From the human T2T-CHM13v2.0 reference genome, Homo sapiens: DNA of 64,000 bases. The DNA lies in assembly GCF_009914755.1 (NCBI RefSeq), contig NC_060947.1; one strand, written 5' to 3'. Within the stretch, counting starts at the first letter, position 1, and each line of letters starts with the position of its first letter. Shown here one piece after another: positions 27,901-45,554 of this stretch. The notes beneath the pieces are model-generated. The model had not been told where the DNA came from and did no database searches. It saw only the letters and a program-made list of their open reading frames with translations. Position numbers and translations under genes: made by a program.

Positions 27901-28338
27901 ATTGGCATTCCTGGTGCCTCTGGGGTATGAAAATAAACTCCTGTAGCTAGCTGTCTGCCCAAATGGCTGCCCAGTTTTGTGCTTGAAACCAAGGGCTCTG
28001 GTGGTGCAGGCACTTAGGGGAATCTCCTGGTCTGCGGGTTGTGAAGACTGTGGGAAAAGCATAGTGTCTGGGCCGGAATGCACCATTCCTCATGGCACAA
28101 CCCCTCACAGCTTCCCTTGGTTAAGGGAGGGAGTTCCCCAACCCCTTGCACTTCCCAGGTAAGGCAATGCCCCACCCTGCTTCTGCTCACCCTCCGTGGG
28201 CTGCACTCACTGTCTAATCAGTTCAAATGAGACGAGCTGTGTACCTCATTTGGAAATTCAGAAATCACCCTCTTCTGCATTGATCTTGCCGGAAGCTGCA
28301 GACCGGAGGTGTTCCTATTCAGCCATTTTGCCAGCCCA
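24912..28338 (-). mobile_element. L1PA7/PA8-like LINE-1, 5' half (5' UTR, ORF1, endonuclease region); 3' half absent
   Basis: 5' end (reverse complement) gggctggcaaaatggctgaataggaac. ORF 26522-26758 is ORF1; ORF 25436-25924 is the EN domain (CCIQETHL...YAPNTGAP...IVGD). Confidence 0.95.
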
Positions 28339-28479
28339 GAAAGATGTTTCTTATTAGGATTCATTGAAACTACCTGAAGAAAGCCTCCAGATTTAATTTT
28401 AATAAGAGTTTTTGTGAAAATAATTTGGTAAGAAGCAGAAAATAGAGGGAACATGTTTGCAAACAAAATTTAGAAGTTT

Positions 28480-30450
<1,971 letters not shown>

Positions 30451-33383
30451 GACTTTTCTTGATTGAACAAACTTATTTAAGCACTTAGATTTCTTCCTTA
30501 TTTAATTTTTAATAAAAACATATGCTCTTGAAAGCATAGAGAACTTATCATACTAAAAAGGCAGTTTTAAAATTTCTAAAAATGTAATGCACAATTGATG
30601 TGTATGAAATGTGGTAAAATGTCACCAACATGCAACTAAACTTTTTAAAATTATCAACGTTTTTGTCTTTAAAAAACATAAGAAGTTATTTATCTTAGCT
30701 AAAATGTACATACTCAGGGTTAGAAAGTGCACCTTTTTATAATCCTATGTGTACCTTTTCTTTTTTTTTTTTAGAGTTTTTGTTTTTACTGTTTTAAGAT
30801 GAAAACTTCTTATTGTAAGGTCAATATTAATGTTAATTGTTGCATAAAAACCATTTTGTTCCATTTATCAATAAACTACAATACTACTTAGGTGTTAGTT
30901 GCAATGATACTTCATGAAGAAATAAATACTGCTTTCCCTACAGCTCTGAAGCTCATATATTTCTATCAGTTTATAAATACTGATGTTAGTACTCTCTCTC
31001 CCCCATTTCTAAGAGATTTCTCCATGCACCCAAAACTTATTTTTGTGTGTGAAAATTAGGTGGCTACACAGATTGGAAAAAAAATTAACCGAAACATAAA
31101 GAAAAGTTTTCAAACAATGTTTTTCATGCTCATAAAAAGTGTGGCCAAGTATCAGAATTAGTTTTTCCACTTGGCATAAATATTTGATATTCTTAATATT
31201 ATGTGTGCTCACTTGTTGTTGGACTTTCATATTCTTTGACATTAAAAAATGGAGATCAGCTCTTTTCTGCAATTTAGTTATGCTATTCTGAAACAGAAAA
31301 TGATTTTGATAAGACAATAATTTGGGAACTCTTTTAGCAATTAGTGGCAGTAAATAAAACTAATAATCATTGTTGTTCAGGAACTGAATTTGTTTACAAT
31401 AATATTTTTTCAAACTCAGCCCAAAGAAGCCATTTTGCTTTTGCCTGGTGACTTATTAATAAGATACATATTATTATACATACCAATGTTCAGGTTGTCT
31501 TAAAATGCTTTCAAATAGAATGCGAATTTTTGCAACAACAAAAAATTACACAAACAAGCTTCTATGATTGTGTAAATAAAGTGTCTCTACAAGTGGGGCA
31601 CAAATAAGCCTATTTAGCCACCATTCTGGAGGAGTTGCTTATTCCTTTATCTAATTTGGTTACCAAAATTTTAATTATGGCTCATCAAATGTGCTCGGTA
31701 AATCAAGTTCTGCTTATCATAAGGGTTACATTTAATCAGAACTATGGTCCGTCATAAAAGAGCCTGTATTTACCAAATTAATGCATAATATTCACAAGAA
31801 ACCACCAATAATAAACAAATTAAAAAATACTGTTGAGGGATGGCTGGCAGGATGGCCGAATAGGATCAGCTCCTGCCTGCAGCTCCCAGCAAGATCAATG
31901 CAGAAGGCAAGTTATTACCTGGTTCATCTCACTGGGACTGGTTAGACAGTGGGTGCAACCCACGAAGAGTGAGCAAAAGCAGGCTGGGGTATTGCCTCAG
32001 GCTGGGAAGTGCAAGGGGTCAAGGAACTCCCTCCCTTAGCCAAGGGAAACCATGAGGGACTGTGCCTTGAAGAAAGGTGCATTCCAGCCCAGACACTACA
32101 CTTTTCCCATGGTCTTCACAACCTGCAGACGAGGAGATTCCCTCGGGTGCCTACACCACCAGGACCCTGGGTTTCAAGCACAAAACAGGGTGGCTGTTTG
32201 GGCAGACACCAAGCTAGCTGCAGGAGATTTTTTTAATACCCCAGTGTCACCTGGAATGCCACCAAGACAGTATGGTTCACTCCCCTGGAAAGGGGGCTGA
32301 AGCTAGAAAGCCAAGTGGTCTAGCTGAGCAAATCCCACCAATACAGAGCTCAGCAACCTAAGATCCACTAACTTGAAATTCTCGCTGCCAGCACAGCAGT
32401 CTGAAGTTGACCTGGGATGCTAGAGCTTGGTGGGTGGAGGGGCATCCGCCATTACTGAGGACTTGAGTAGGTGATTTTCCCCTCACAATGTAACCAAAGC
32501 CACCAAGCAGGTCAAACTGAGTGGAGCCCGCTGCAGCTCAGCAAAGCTGCTGTAGACAGACTGCCTCTCTAGATTCCACCTCTCTGGGCAGGGCACTTCT
32601 GAAAGAAAGGCAGCAGCCCCACTCAGGGGCTTATAGATAAAACTAGAGCTTGGTGGAGGGAAGGGCAGCCACCATTACTAAGGCTTGAATAGGCGGTTTT
32701 CCCCTCACAGTGTAAACAAAGCCTCCAAGCAGTTCAAACGGGGCAGACCCAATTGCAGCTCCACAAAGCTGCTGTAGTCACACTGCCTCTCTAGATTCCT
32801 CCTCTCTGGGCAGGGTATCTCTGAAAGAAAGGCAGCAGCCCCAGTCAGGGCCTTATAGATGAAACTCACATCTCCCTGAGACAGAGAATCTGGAGGAAGC
32901 GGTGGCTGTGGGTGCAGCTTCAGCAGACTTAAACTTTCCTGCCTGCTGGCTCCGAGGAGAGCAGCAGATCTCCCAGCAGAGTAAGTGAGCTCTGTTAAGG
33001 GACAGACTGCCTCCTACAGTGGGTCCCTGACCGCCATGCCTCCTGACTGGGAGACACCACCCAGCAGGGGTCAACAGACACCTCATACAAGAGAGTGCTG
33101 GCTGGCATCTGGCAGGTGGCCCTCTGGGATGAAGCTTCCAGAGGAAGGAAGAGGCAGCAATCTTTGCTGTTCTGCAGCTGCCGCTGGTGATACCCAGGCA
33201 AACAGGGTCTGGAGTGGAACTCCAGCAAACTCCAGCAGACCTGCAGCAGAGAGGCCTAACTATTAGAAGGAAAACTAACAAACAGAAAAGAATAGCATCA
33301 ACATCAACAAAAAGGACATCCACACAAAAACCCCATTTGAAAGTTACCAACATCAAAAACCAAAGGTAGATAAATCCACAAAG

Positions 33384-34390
33384 ATGAGGAAAAACCAGCA
33401 CAAAAAGGCTGAAAATTCAGAAAAACAGAATGTCTCTTCTTCTTCAAAGAATCACAATTGCTTGCCAGCAAGGGAACAAAACTGGACAAAGAATGAGTCT
33501 GATGAATTGACAAAAGTAGGCTTCAGGAGGTGGGTAATAACAAACTCCTGCAAGCTAAAGGAGCGTGTTCTAACCCAATGCAAGGAAGCTAAGAACCTGG
33601 AAAAAAAATGAGGGGAACTGCTAACTAGAATAACCAGTTTGATGAAGCTGAAAAACACAGTACGAGAACTTCGTGAAGCATACACAAGTATCAATAGCCA
33701 AATCCATCAAGTGGAAGAAAGGATATCAGAAATTAAAGATCAACTTAATGAAATATAGCCTGAAGACAAGATTAGAGAAAAAAAAATGAAAAGGAATGAA
33801 AATAGCTTCCGAGAAATATGGTACTATGTGCAAAGACCAAACCTATGTTTGATTGGTGTACCTGAAAGTGACAGGGAGAATGGAAGCAAGTTGGAAAACA
33901 CTCTTCAGGATATTATCCAGGAGAACTTCCCCAACCTACCAAGACAGGCCAACATTCAAATTCAGGAAATACAGAGAACACCACAAAGGTAATCCTCGAG
34001 AAGAGCAACAGAAAGACATATAATCATCAGATTTACCAAGGTTGAAATGAAGGAAAAAATGTTATGGGAAGCCAGAAGGAAGGTCAGGCTACCCACAAAG
34101 GGAAGATCATCAGACTAACAGCAGGTGTCTCTGCAGAAACCCTACAAGCCAGAAGAGAGTGGGGGCCAATACTCAACATTCTTAAAGAAAGAATTTTCAA
34201 CCCAGAATCTCATATCCAGCCAAACTAAGCTTCATAAATGAAGGAGAAATAAAATCCTTTTCAGACAAGTGAATGCTGAGAGATTTTGTCACCACCAGGC
34301 CTGCCTTACAAGAGCTCCTGAAGGAAGCACTAAATATAGACAGAAAAAAACTGTTACTAGCCACTGCAAAAACACACCAAATTGTAAAGA
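33384..34390 (+). pseudogene. Disrupted L1 ORF1p
   Basis: MRKNQHKKAENS... and ...RENGSKLENTLQDIIQENFPNL; broken by stops, frameshifts and a small deletion. Confidence 0.9.
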
Positions 34391-34450
34391 CCATTGACAG
34401 TATGGAGAAACAATCTCAACTAATGGGCAAAATAACGAGCTAGCATCATA

Positions 34451-37780
<3,330 letters not shown>

Positions 37781-37809
37781 GGAACTGCTAATCTTTATCA
37801 ATGTTTCTA

Positions 37810-40430
37810 GCGTATAATCCAAAACTATCATTATTAATTTTGTTTCTCAAATTTTTTCAGATTTGGTCATTGGAGCTGCTCTTTCATGTTGGCTCCTGTG
37901 TCTTTTTAGCATGAGTCCTTTCTCCCTTCCTCCCTCCCTCCCTCCCTCCCTTCCTTCCTTCTTCCTTCCCTCTTTCTTTCCTTTCTAAGCCGCCTTTGTG
38001 TACTGAGCCAGAAAGAATATGTATGAGTGCATGTATGCTAACCCATACATAAATACATACATCTATAGTTATTTCTGTATTTATATATTCATGTCTATGT
38101 TAACTTAAACACTGATATTTCTCAGCTAGTTATACCCCACAGGGTTTATTCTTGCCTTCCTGGTTTATTGTATCTAGTCAAAACACTGGTTGCCAAAGTT
38201 ACTTAGGTTTGTTATTTTTCTCTTCAATCCCTTCAGTGAAGTTATGTTATACATTTATAATACAGTTGGGTTCATTTTTCTTGTCTGCAATCCATCCTGG
38301 GATTTCCTGACATCCTGCTTTTGTTTTTTTTTTCTTTTTTTTTTTTTTGCAATTTCCATAAAGTTCATCTTTTGTATTGTACAGTTCTATGGGTTTTGAA
38401 AAATGCTTAGTCCTGTATCCACCACCGTAGTGCCATGCAAAACAGCTGCATCTTCCTAACATTTTCCTGCGTGGCCTCTTTGTAGTCAAGCAATCTTCCT
38501 TCTCACAATCCTTGGTAACTGCAGATCTGTTTATCATTCCTGTAGTTTTGCCTTTACCCAAATGCCTTTCAAATGGGATAATACAACACTTAGCAAAATG
38601 TATATCAGATTTAGCCATACTGTTGTGTGAATCAACCGTTCCTTTTTCGTGCTGAGTATTATTACATTCTATGGATATACTACAGGTTGATTATCCATTC
38701 ACCTGTTGAAGCATGTCTTGGTTCTTCCTTTTGTGATTATAAAAAAACGTGCTATAAATATGTGTTTGCATGCCTTTAGTAAATAGAAGTTTCCAATTCT
38801 TTTTGTTAAATATCTAAGAGTGGAATTACTGGATGATATGATAAATGTATATTTACATATGTAAAAAGTTGCTAAACCATTTTCAGAAGTGGCTGAACAA
38901 TTTTGCATATCATCTAGCAACTAAAGTTGCTGTTAACATGCATAATTTCCAGAATTTTATCTTGTCAGGTGTGTGTATGTTTGTCTTGTTGCCATTCTAA
39001 TCCTTGTGTAGTACCTTGTGGTTTTAATTTGCATTTCCCTAATAACTAATGATGTTGAGCATTTTTTCATATGCTTTCACATACCTAATTTGGTGAAGTG
39101 TCTTTTTAGACTTTTAAAAAATTTATTAAACTTATTAAAATTTATTAATTTTGTCGCTTTTTTCCTTATTGTTGACTTTTTAGAGTTATTTATATACTGT
39201 GCATGTAAGATTTTATTGGATATGTTATTTGATTTGCAAATACTTTCTCTTAGTGTGTGTGTTACCTTTTCATTCTCCTTACAGTGTCTTTTACAGAGCA
39301 AAGTATTCTAATATTGACAAAGCCTAATTTAACATTTTTAAAGTAGATCATGCTTTGCATTTTATCTTTAAATCTTATTGTTAAACTAAAGATTTTGTAT
39401 ATTGCCTCATGTTTGCTTTTAAATGTTTTATAGTTTTGTTATACATTTTGGTAAATTACATATTTCAGTTAATTTTTGGATAATGTATCAGGTATATGCT
39501 GTGGTTTATTATTTTGCATAGGGATTTACAACTGATACAGCAATATTTATTGAAAAAAATTCTTTATTAAATTATTGAATTTTTGTAAAAAGAAGCAATA
39601 AATGATATTCATATAAGCCTATTTCTCAACTGTCTATTCTATTCTGTTGATGTGTATGTTTATCTTTTTTTCCAATACCACACTGTCTTAATTATTATAA
39701 TTTTATAATAAGTCCTGAAATTGGATAGTGGGAGCCCTTTAGCTTTTTTCTTCTTTTTCTGAGTTGATTTAGCTATTGTAGTTCCTTTGTTTTGCCATAT
39801 ATATTTTAGAATCAGCTTCTGATATCTGAATAAATCTTGCTGGGATTATGATAGAAATATCGTTAAGTGCATATAGCAAATGAGAAAAAAGAACATCTTA
39901 ACAATATTGCATCTTCTAATTCATGAACATGAAAAATATCTTTTTCATCTCTATTGATTTAGATATTTGACTTCTTTCACTAGTGTTTTGTAAGTTTCAG
40001 TGCAGACATTCTTCACATGTTGTGTTAAATTTATACCCAAGTACTTAATTATATTTAGTACTATTGTAACTGATGTCATTTAAAAACTTCAAATTCCAAG
40101 TATTAATTGCTGTAATATAATAATATGATTGATTTCTGTATATTTTCCTTGTATTACGAGACCTTGCTAAGTTCACTTATGAGATCTAAGAACTTTTTGT
40201 ACATTTTGTATGTTGATGGACATGTCCTCTGAAAATAGAGGCAGTTTTGTTTCTTAGTATACACTCTGTATGTCAATTCTTCATTTTGTCTTATTTTGCA
40301 GGTGAAGATCCCCAATGTGATACTAATAGGCGTAGTGAAAGCAGATATTTGTCTTGACCCTGATGTTACAATAGCATTCATTCTTTCACCATTATGTATA
40401 GATGCTAGCTGTAGATACGTTAAATGTTAT
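37810..40430 (-). mobile_element. Ancient L1MC3-like element inside the segment interrupting the L1PA8
   Basis: gtacagttctatgggttttgaaaaatgc...gtatccaccacc 3' UTR motif, then decayed ORF2; contains a (CCTT)n run at 37918-37985. Confidence 0.75.
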
Positions 40431-42687
40431 TTAATAGGCTGTTTCCTTCTCACTGCATTTAACTTTAAGTGAAAGATTATCTGTCTAAACTTTCATCTTC
40501 TGTCCAATTTAAGTGACAATAAAAGTTCTAATCATATTTTAAATTTGGAAGTAGCTATGTCTAGTTATGTTATTAAAACTTTCCATAAACCTGTTGCTCT
40601 GCATCCGAACCAGAATTTGATCTTGTCAGGTATCTGTGTGGTTTGTTTTGTTGCTACTCTTATACTTGTGTAGTGCATTGTGGTTTAATTTGCATTTCCC
40701 TAATAACCAATGGTGTTGAGCATTTTTATATGTTTCCATATATCTCTATTTATTAAGTAGAACAATATAATCTACTTAATAAAAAAAATCTGATAAAACT
40801 TTAAGTAAGAAAAACAACTCTTTATATGCAGTTCCTGTTTAGGAAGTTATAATTTAAGGGTAAGGCCTTAAATATACCATCCCCTACAATTTATTCAGAA
40901 CTTTTAGTTTGAGTACACATTGCTTCCTACACATTTTATTTATGTATTTATTTCTCTTTCCAATGTGTAGTTTTCTGTTTTTTAAATATAACTGGTTAAA
41001 ATTGTTAAGTATTGATATTTGATCAGAGAATCTAGAAGTAGAGATGAAAAAGACCTATTGAGTCTCATTCCACTGTGAAAATGCATTGACCACCCAACTG
41101 TGTTTCATCAATATAAAGCTATAGTTGGGTCTATTATTCCCTGCAGAAAGAATGCCAGAGGGGCTTTTCTTATTTGGAAAAATATTTTTTTTCACACGTA
41201 TTACTATTTCATCCTATCATGCTTTTGCATTTGGGAGGTAAATTGAAAAGAAAGATAAATTCTTTAGCAAATGTTTCTTCTCAGGATAATTTCTTTAAAT
41301 ATCTTTTATCATAAAGAAGTCATTAAGACTATCACAGAAAGTTTCAACTTCTCTATTACATGAATTTATTGTTACTTAGGGGTTTAGAAAAATCTCAAAC
41401 AGAACAATCTCTGCAAGCAGAGATTAGTTTTGTGAGAAACTAATGAATAGTTATGCATGAAGCAATAAATGGAAGTAAGGGTAGGTCAGAGATGGTTGTG
41501 AGAGAAATGACATCTAGAATGAGCTGAAGTAGAAAGAACCTTTTAGTTATCTCAAGGTGAGTTGATCTTTATGAAATGTTTGCTATTTGAAGCTTTATTT
41601 GAAGATACCATTCTCCAATTCACAGGAAGGAATAACTTTAGGATTAGGCTGAGTAAGTGGCTGAGTTATAAGACCAAGTGTACCAATGGCAAGTAAATTA
41701 ATCTGCAGTTCTAGAATGTGGTCAGATCAATTTACAATATCTATCTACATAGTTTGACAGACTACAGATGCATCCCCTGGTGGAAACCTCTCACATGAAT
41801 CCAGGCAAACAACAGGAAGCAGATACATGCATCGTGTAGTCAGTTTACCACAGGACTACTGACTAGAACTTGATCAAGACCATTTCTTTCTGCTTGCCTG
41901 TGACTTCATAATAGTCAACATAGCTTAATTAATTAGTTATAATACTTAAATACACAAAGTGGAATGGCAAGTTTAATTATTTTTTTATTATCCATAGTAT
42001 TTGAAAGCAGTCAAGATCCTTTATGTGTTACTACTCTATAAGTTAGCAATGACATTAATGAAATTTATATAGCCAATTAGGGAGATATAGCCAATTATAT
42101 GAAAGCATATCCTCACTGTTCTGTATGTAACAAGGCTGTGATGTGAATAAAGATGCTTTCACAATGCCTGAAATGCCTCCCAGCTCTCTTCTTTTTCATG
42201 CTTTATACCACAACCTTTACCCCAGTTAAAAACTCAATGTTAAATATGTATTATATGTATATATATTTATACATAATGTTCTCATTTGGTAAAAACATTA
42301 TATATTCTTTTTTTTAACTAGCACAAAACCACCATGTATAATCTTGAAATCCTACTTGTTAAACCTATATTTAATTTTATAAGTTTTTTTCTGTAGAAAA
42401 AAAGGCATTTTTTGAAACATAAGACATATGATGGTAGACAGTAAATTGCTTTAGCCTAGAAAACAAAACTAAAATGGTAACTTTCTAAAGGAGTTTTTAG
42501 AACTGTATGAAATTTGGTTACATACAGGAAACTTTCATTGAATCAAAAGATGAAAAATATCTTCCATGGGAGATATAATCAGTGCACTGACAGCTTTGAT
42601 ATGTAGCAGCTAAATTATTAGTTCATCAGATGAACCAAATGTGTAAGCATTACTACCTTTGTAATACAATGGTAAAAGTCCAGTTTA

Positions 42688-43454
42688 TGGTCATTAGAGA
42701 AATGCAAATCAAAACTACACTTAGATACCATCTCACGCCAGTTAGAATGGCGATCATTAAAAAGTCAGGAAACAACAGATGCTGGAGAGGCTGCAGAGAA
42801 ATAAGAATGGTTTTACACTGTTGGTTAGAAAGTAAATTAGCTCAACAACTGTGCCAGACAATGTGGCGATTCCTCAAGGATCTAGAACCAGAAATACCAT
42901 TTGACCCAGCAATCCCATTACTGGGTATAATACCCAAAGGGATATAAATCATTCTATTATAAAGATACATGCACACATACATTTATTGTAGCAATATTCA
43001 CAATAGCAAAGACTTGGAACCAACCCAAATCACCATCAATGATAGACTGGATAAAAAAATGTGGTACATATACACCATGGAATACTACGCAGCCATAAAA
43101 AGGAATGAGATCATGTCCTTTGCAGGCACATGGATGAAGCTGGAAGCCATCATCCTCAGCAAACTAACACAGGAACAGAAAAATAAACACCATAGGTTCT
43201 CACTCATAAGTGGAAGTTGAACAATGAGAACACATGGACACAGGGAAGGGAACAACACACACTGGGGCCTGTCGGGGGGGTGTGGCAGAGGGTAAAGCAT
43301 CAAATCAAATAGCTCATGCATGTGGTGTTTAATATCTAGGTGATGGGTTGGTAGGTGCAGCAAACCACCATGGCACAGGTTTACCTATGTAACAAACCTG
43401 CACATTCTGCACATGTACCCCAGAACCTAAAATAAAATAAATTAAAAAAAAAGA
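42688..43454 (+). mobile_element. 3' end of the L1PA8-like element (ORF2 C-terminus, 3' UTR, polyA)
   Basis: [34 protein letters not shown]; L1PA8-type 3' UTR; right TSD aaaaaatactgtt at 43455-43467. Confidence 0.95.
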
Positions 43455-44068
43455 AAAAAATACTGTTATGTTTTGGTGTTAATATAATTCCTTTCATAGT
43501 AGATAATTAATTAAAAATTATAAGCCTGGGTGATTAGGTGAATTGTTCTTGATTCTGACCCTCTTCAGAAGTTATGGGGATTTTTTGTCAGTTTTATTCT
43601 TTTTGACACTCTCATCTCAGGTCCACGCTGATTTATAAAATCAATCATTTCTTCATTTTAGGGCTAATATAAAAATACAAGGAAGTATTTCTCACATGTA
43701 ATATACATATACCATATACACTGTATATATACTCTGTATGTTATATATACTTTTAATGAATTTATCTGTTGAGTTATTCTAATTTTAGAGAGAAAATTGA
43801 TCACTAAATTAAAAAGTCTACAAAATAAATTATGGTTATAGTTGAGATATGCCCCATTGGATATCTTGAAGCTCCTCCCTAGCCCATTACTTTAGGTAGA
43901 TAATAATTTATCTCCTTTCCCGTGATTTGGATGATTCTGGGAAAAAAACAGTTGAGACACATTTTCTAAACTCAAATTGCAAATTGTGAGAAATCTATTG
44001 TCTTAATAAATAACATTTGAAAAATATAGGTTTTTTTTGTTATTAGTTAAATTGATTTAAGATGGTAC

Positions 44069-45554
44069 TGAGAGGTGACAACGTGCTAGCAGCCCTCACT
44101 CACTCTCAGCACCTCCTCGGCCTCGGCGTCTGCTCTGGCCACGTTTGAGGAGTCCTTCAGCCCACCGCTGTGCTGTGGTAGCCCCTCTCTGGGCTGGTCA
44201 AGGCTGGAGCCGGCTCCCTCTGCTTGTGGGGAGGTGCGGAGGGAGAGGTGCGGGCAGGAACCGGGGCTGCGCGTGGTGCTCATGGGCCAGCGCAAGTCCC
44301 GGGTGGGCGCGGACTCAGCGAGCCCCATACTCAGAGCGACCCTAGGCAGTGAGGGGCTTAGCACCCGGGCCAGCAGCTGTGGAGGGGGCGCTGGGTCCCC
44401 CAGCACTGCTGGCCCACCCGCACCACGCTCTAATGCTCGTGGGGCCTCTGCCACCTTCCCGCAGGGCAGGGCTTGGGACCTGGCAGCCCGCCATGCCCGA
44501 GCCCCTCTGCGGTGGGTTCCCGCACGGCCCAAGCCTCCCCCACAGGTGCTGCCCCCTGCTCCATGGTGCCCAGTCCCATCAACCTCCCAAGGGCTGAGGA
44601 GTGCAGGCGCACGGTGCGGGACTGGCCGGCAGCTCTGCCCACGGCCCCTGTGTGGGATCCATTAGGTGAAGCCAGCTGGGCTCCTGAATCAGGTGGGGAC
44701 TTGGAGAACTTTTAAGTCTAGCTAAAGGTTTGTAAATGCACCAATCAGCACTTTGTGTCTAACTCAAGGTTTGTAAATGCACCAATCAGCACTTTGTGTC
44801 TAGCTCAAGATTTGTAAATGCACAAATCAGCACTGTGTCTAGCTAAAGGTTTCTAAACGCACCAATCAGTGATCTGTGACTAGCTAATCTAGTGGGGACT
44901 TGGAAAACTTTTATGTCTAACTAGAGGATTGTAAATGCACCAATCAGCACTCTGTGTAGCTCAGGGATTGTAAACGCAACAATCAGCACCCATCAAAATG
45001 GACCAATCAGCTCTCCTCTGTAAAATGGACCAATCAGCTCTCTGTAAAATGGACCAATCAGCAGGATGTGGGTGGGGCCTGATAAGGAAATAAAAGCAGG
45101 CCGCCCGGAGCCAGCAGTGGCAACCCGCCGGGGTCCCCTTCCACACTGTGGGAGCTTTGTTCTTTCCCTCTTTGCAATAAATCTTGCTGCTGCTCATTGC
45201 TTGGGTCTGCTCTGCCTTTATGAGCTGTAACACTCACCACAAAGGTCTGCAGCTTCACTCCTGAGGGCAGCTTCACTCCTGAGGACAATAAGACCATGAA
45301 CCCACCAGGAGGAATGGACAACTCCAGATGCACTGCCTTAATAGCTGTAACACTCATCGTGAAGGTCTGCAGCTTCACTCCTGAGGCCAGCGAGACCACG
45401 AACCCACCAGAAGGAAGAAACTCTGGACATATCTGAATATCTGAAGGAAAAAACTCAGGACACACCATCTTTAAGAACTGTGACACTCACCGTGAGGGTC
45501 AGCGGCTTCATTCTTGAAGTCAGTGAGACCAGGAACCCACCAATTCCGGTCACA
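44069..45554 (+). mobile_element. ERV9 solo LTR (LTR12C/D/E family), complete
   Basis: tgagaggtgacaacgtgctagcagccctc...ccaccaattccggtcaca; 4-bp TSD gtac at 44065-44068 and 45555-45558. Confidence 0.96.
44715..45095 (+). promoter_or_regulatory. LTR12 U3 CCAAT (NF-Y) repeat enhancer and AATAAA-type TATA box
   Basis: ~40-bp repeats containing gcaccaatcagcac or ggaccaatcagc; GATAAG then AATAAA at 45081-45094. The role is inferred from known ERV9 LTR biology. Confidence 0.7.

Noticed and set aside
41330-41900. Possible very old MaLR/LTR fragments
   Set aside because: Similarity too weak to assign a family or boundaries by eye.
44086-44715. Overlapping 140-150 aa GC-rich ORFs / apparent CpG island
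   Set aside because: Entirely inside LTR12 U3; ORFs on both strands reflect stop-codon scarcity in GC-rich DNA.
44715-45065. Regularly spaced ~40-bp repeats resembling a CRISPR array
   Set aside because: These are the known LTR12 U3 CCAAT repeats: no unique spacers, no cas genes, eukaryotic context.
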